A DNA stretch of 64,000 bases, taken from contig NW_025767503.1 in assembly GCF_003918875.1 (NCBI RefSeq), positions 248,001 through 312,000 of the forward strand, read 5' to 3'. Within the stretch, counting starts at the first letter, position 1. The number at the start of each line of letters is the position of its first letter. The DNA comes from Haliotis rubra. Lineage: Eukaryota. This document shows, piece after piece, positions 63,260 to 64,000 of the stretch. The translations under genes and the position numbers were made by a program. Under the pieces are notes generated by a model. It ran no database searches, was not told where the DNA came from, and saw only the letters and a program-made list of their open reading frames with translations.

Positions 63260-64000
63260 TGTGTCATGTGTCAGTGTGTGTCATTTTAGTATGTGTCTGT
63301 GTCATTTTAGTATGTGTCATGTGTCAGTGTGTTGTATGTTCATGTGTCAAGTGTGTGTCAGTGTAAGTCATGTTAGTATGTGTCAGTGTGTCATATGTTG
63401 GTATGTGTCATTGTGTCGTATGTTCAGTATGTGTCAGTGTGTCATGTTAGTATGTGTCAGTGTGTCATGTTAGTATGTGTCAGTGTGTCATATGTCAGTG
63501 TGTGTCATGTTAGTATGTGTCATTGTCATATGTTAGTATGTGTCAGCGTGTGTCATGTGATATTTTGTATCAGTGTGTCGTATGTGAGTGGGTGTTTTAC
63601 GTCAGTGTGTTGTATGTCAGTGGGTGTTTAACGTCAGTGTGTTGTACGTCAGTGTGTTTTACGTCAGTGTGTCGTATGTCAGTGGGTGTTTAACGTCAGT
63701 GTGTTGTATGTCAGTGGGTGTTTAACGTCAGTGTGTCGTATGTCAGTGGGTGTTTTACGTCAGTGTGTTGTATGTCAGTGGGTGTTTTATGTCAGTGTGT
63801 TGTATGTCAGTGGGTGTTTTACGTCAGTGTGTTGTATGCAGTGGGTGTTTAACGTCAGTGTGTTGTATGTCAGTGGGTGTTTTACGTCAGTGTGTTGTAT
63901 GTCAGTGAGTGTTTTACGTCAGTGTGTTGTATGTCAGTGTGTGTTTTACGTCAGTGTGTTGTATGTCAGTGAGTGTTTTACGTCAGTGTGTCGTATGTCA
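63260..64000. repeat. GT-rich degenerate repeat grading into a unit of about 32 bp that runs off the window end
   Basis: GTCAGTGTGTTGTATGTCAGTGGGTGTTTTAC repeated from about 63580. Confidence 0.9.

Overview
Animal genomic DNA: spliceosomal introns, tRNA-derived SINEs, DNA transposons, many minisatellites and one 174-N assembly gap (18087-18260). The repeat content resembles a gastropod such as abalone, but that is inference. Genes: (1) a Schlafen-like locus at 16.3-20.0 kb, with a Schlafen RNase-core ORF followed by spliced exons encoding a Schlafen linker-like domain, lying between two decayed Tc1 elements; (2) a six-exon type I polyketide synthase of about 2,504 aa (27261-36400), architecture KS-AT-DH-psiKR-degenerate ER-KR-ACP-terminal condensation-like domain with a non-canonical HRxxxDL motif, the top candidate novel system and predicted to make polyenes; (3) GTF2E1 (minus strand) and (4) RABL3 (plus strand), arranged head-to-head as in human. 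The PKS has two +1 frameshifts and the essential GTF2E1 has one of the same kind, which points to consensus errors rather than pseudogenisation. Mobile DNA includes a Polinton/Maverick integrase-chromodomain fragment, a Harbinger fragment and MITE, hAT-like and pogo-like MITEs, four SINE families, and a TIR family with 7-bp TSDs present as both a 1.8-kb copy and a 39-bp ends-only copy. All motif matches were made by eye; no database searches were run.
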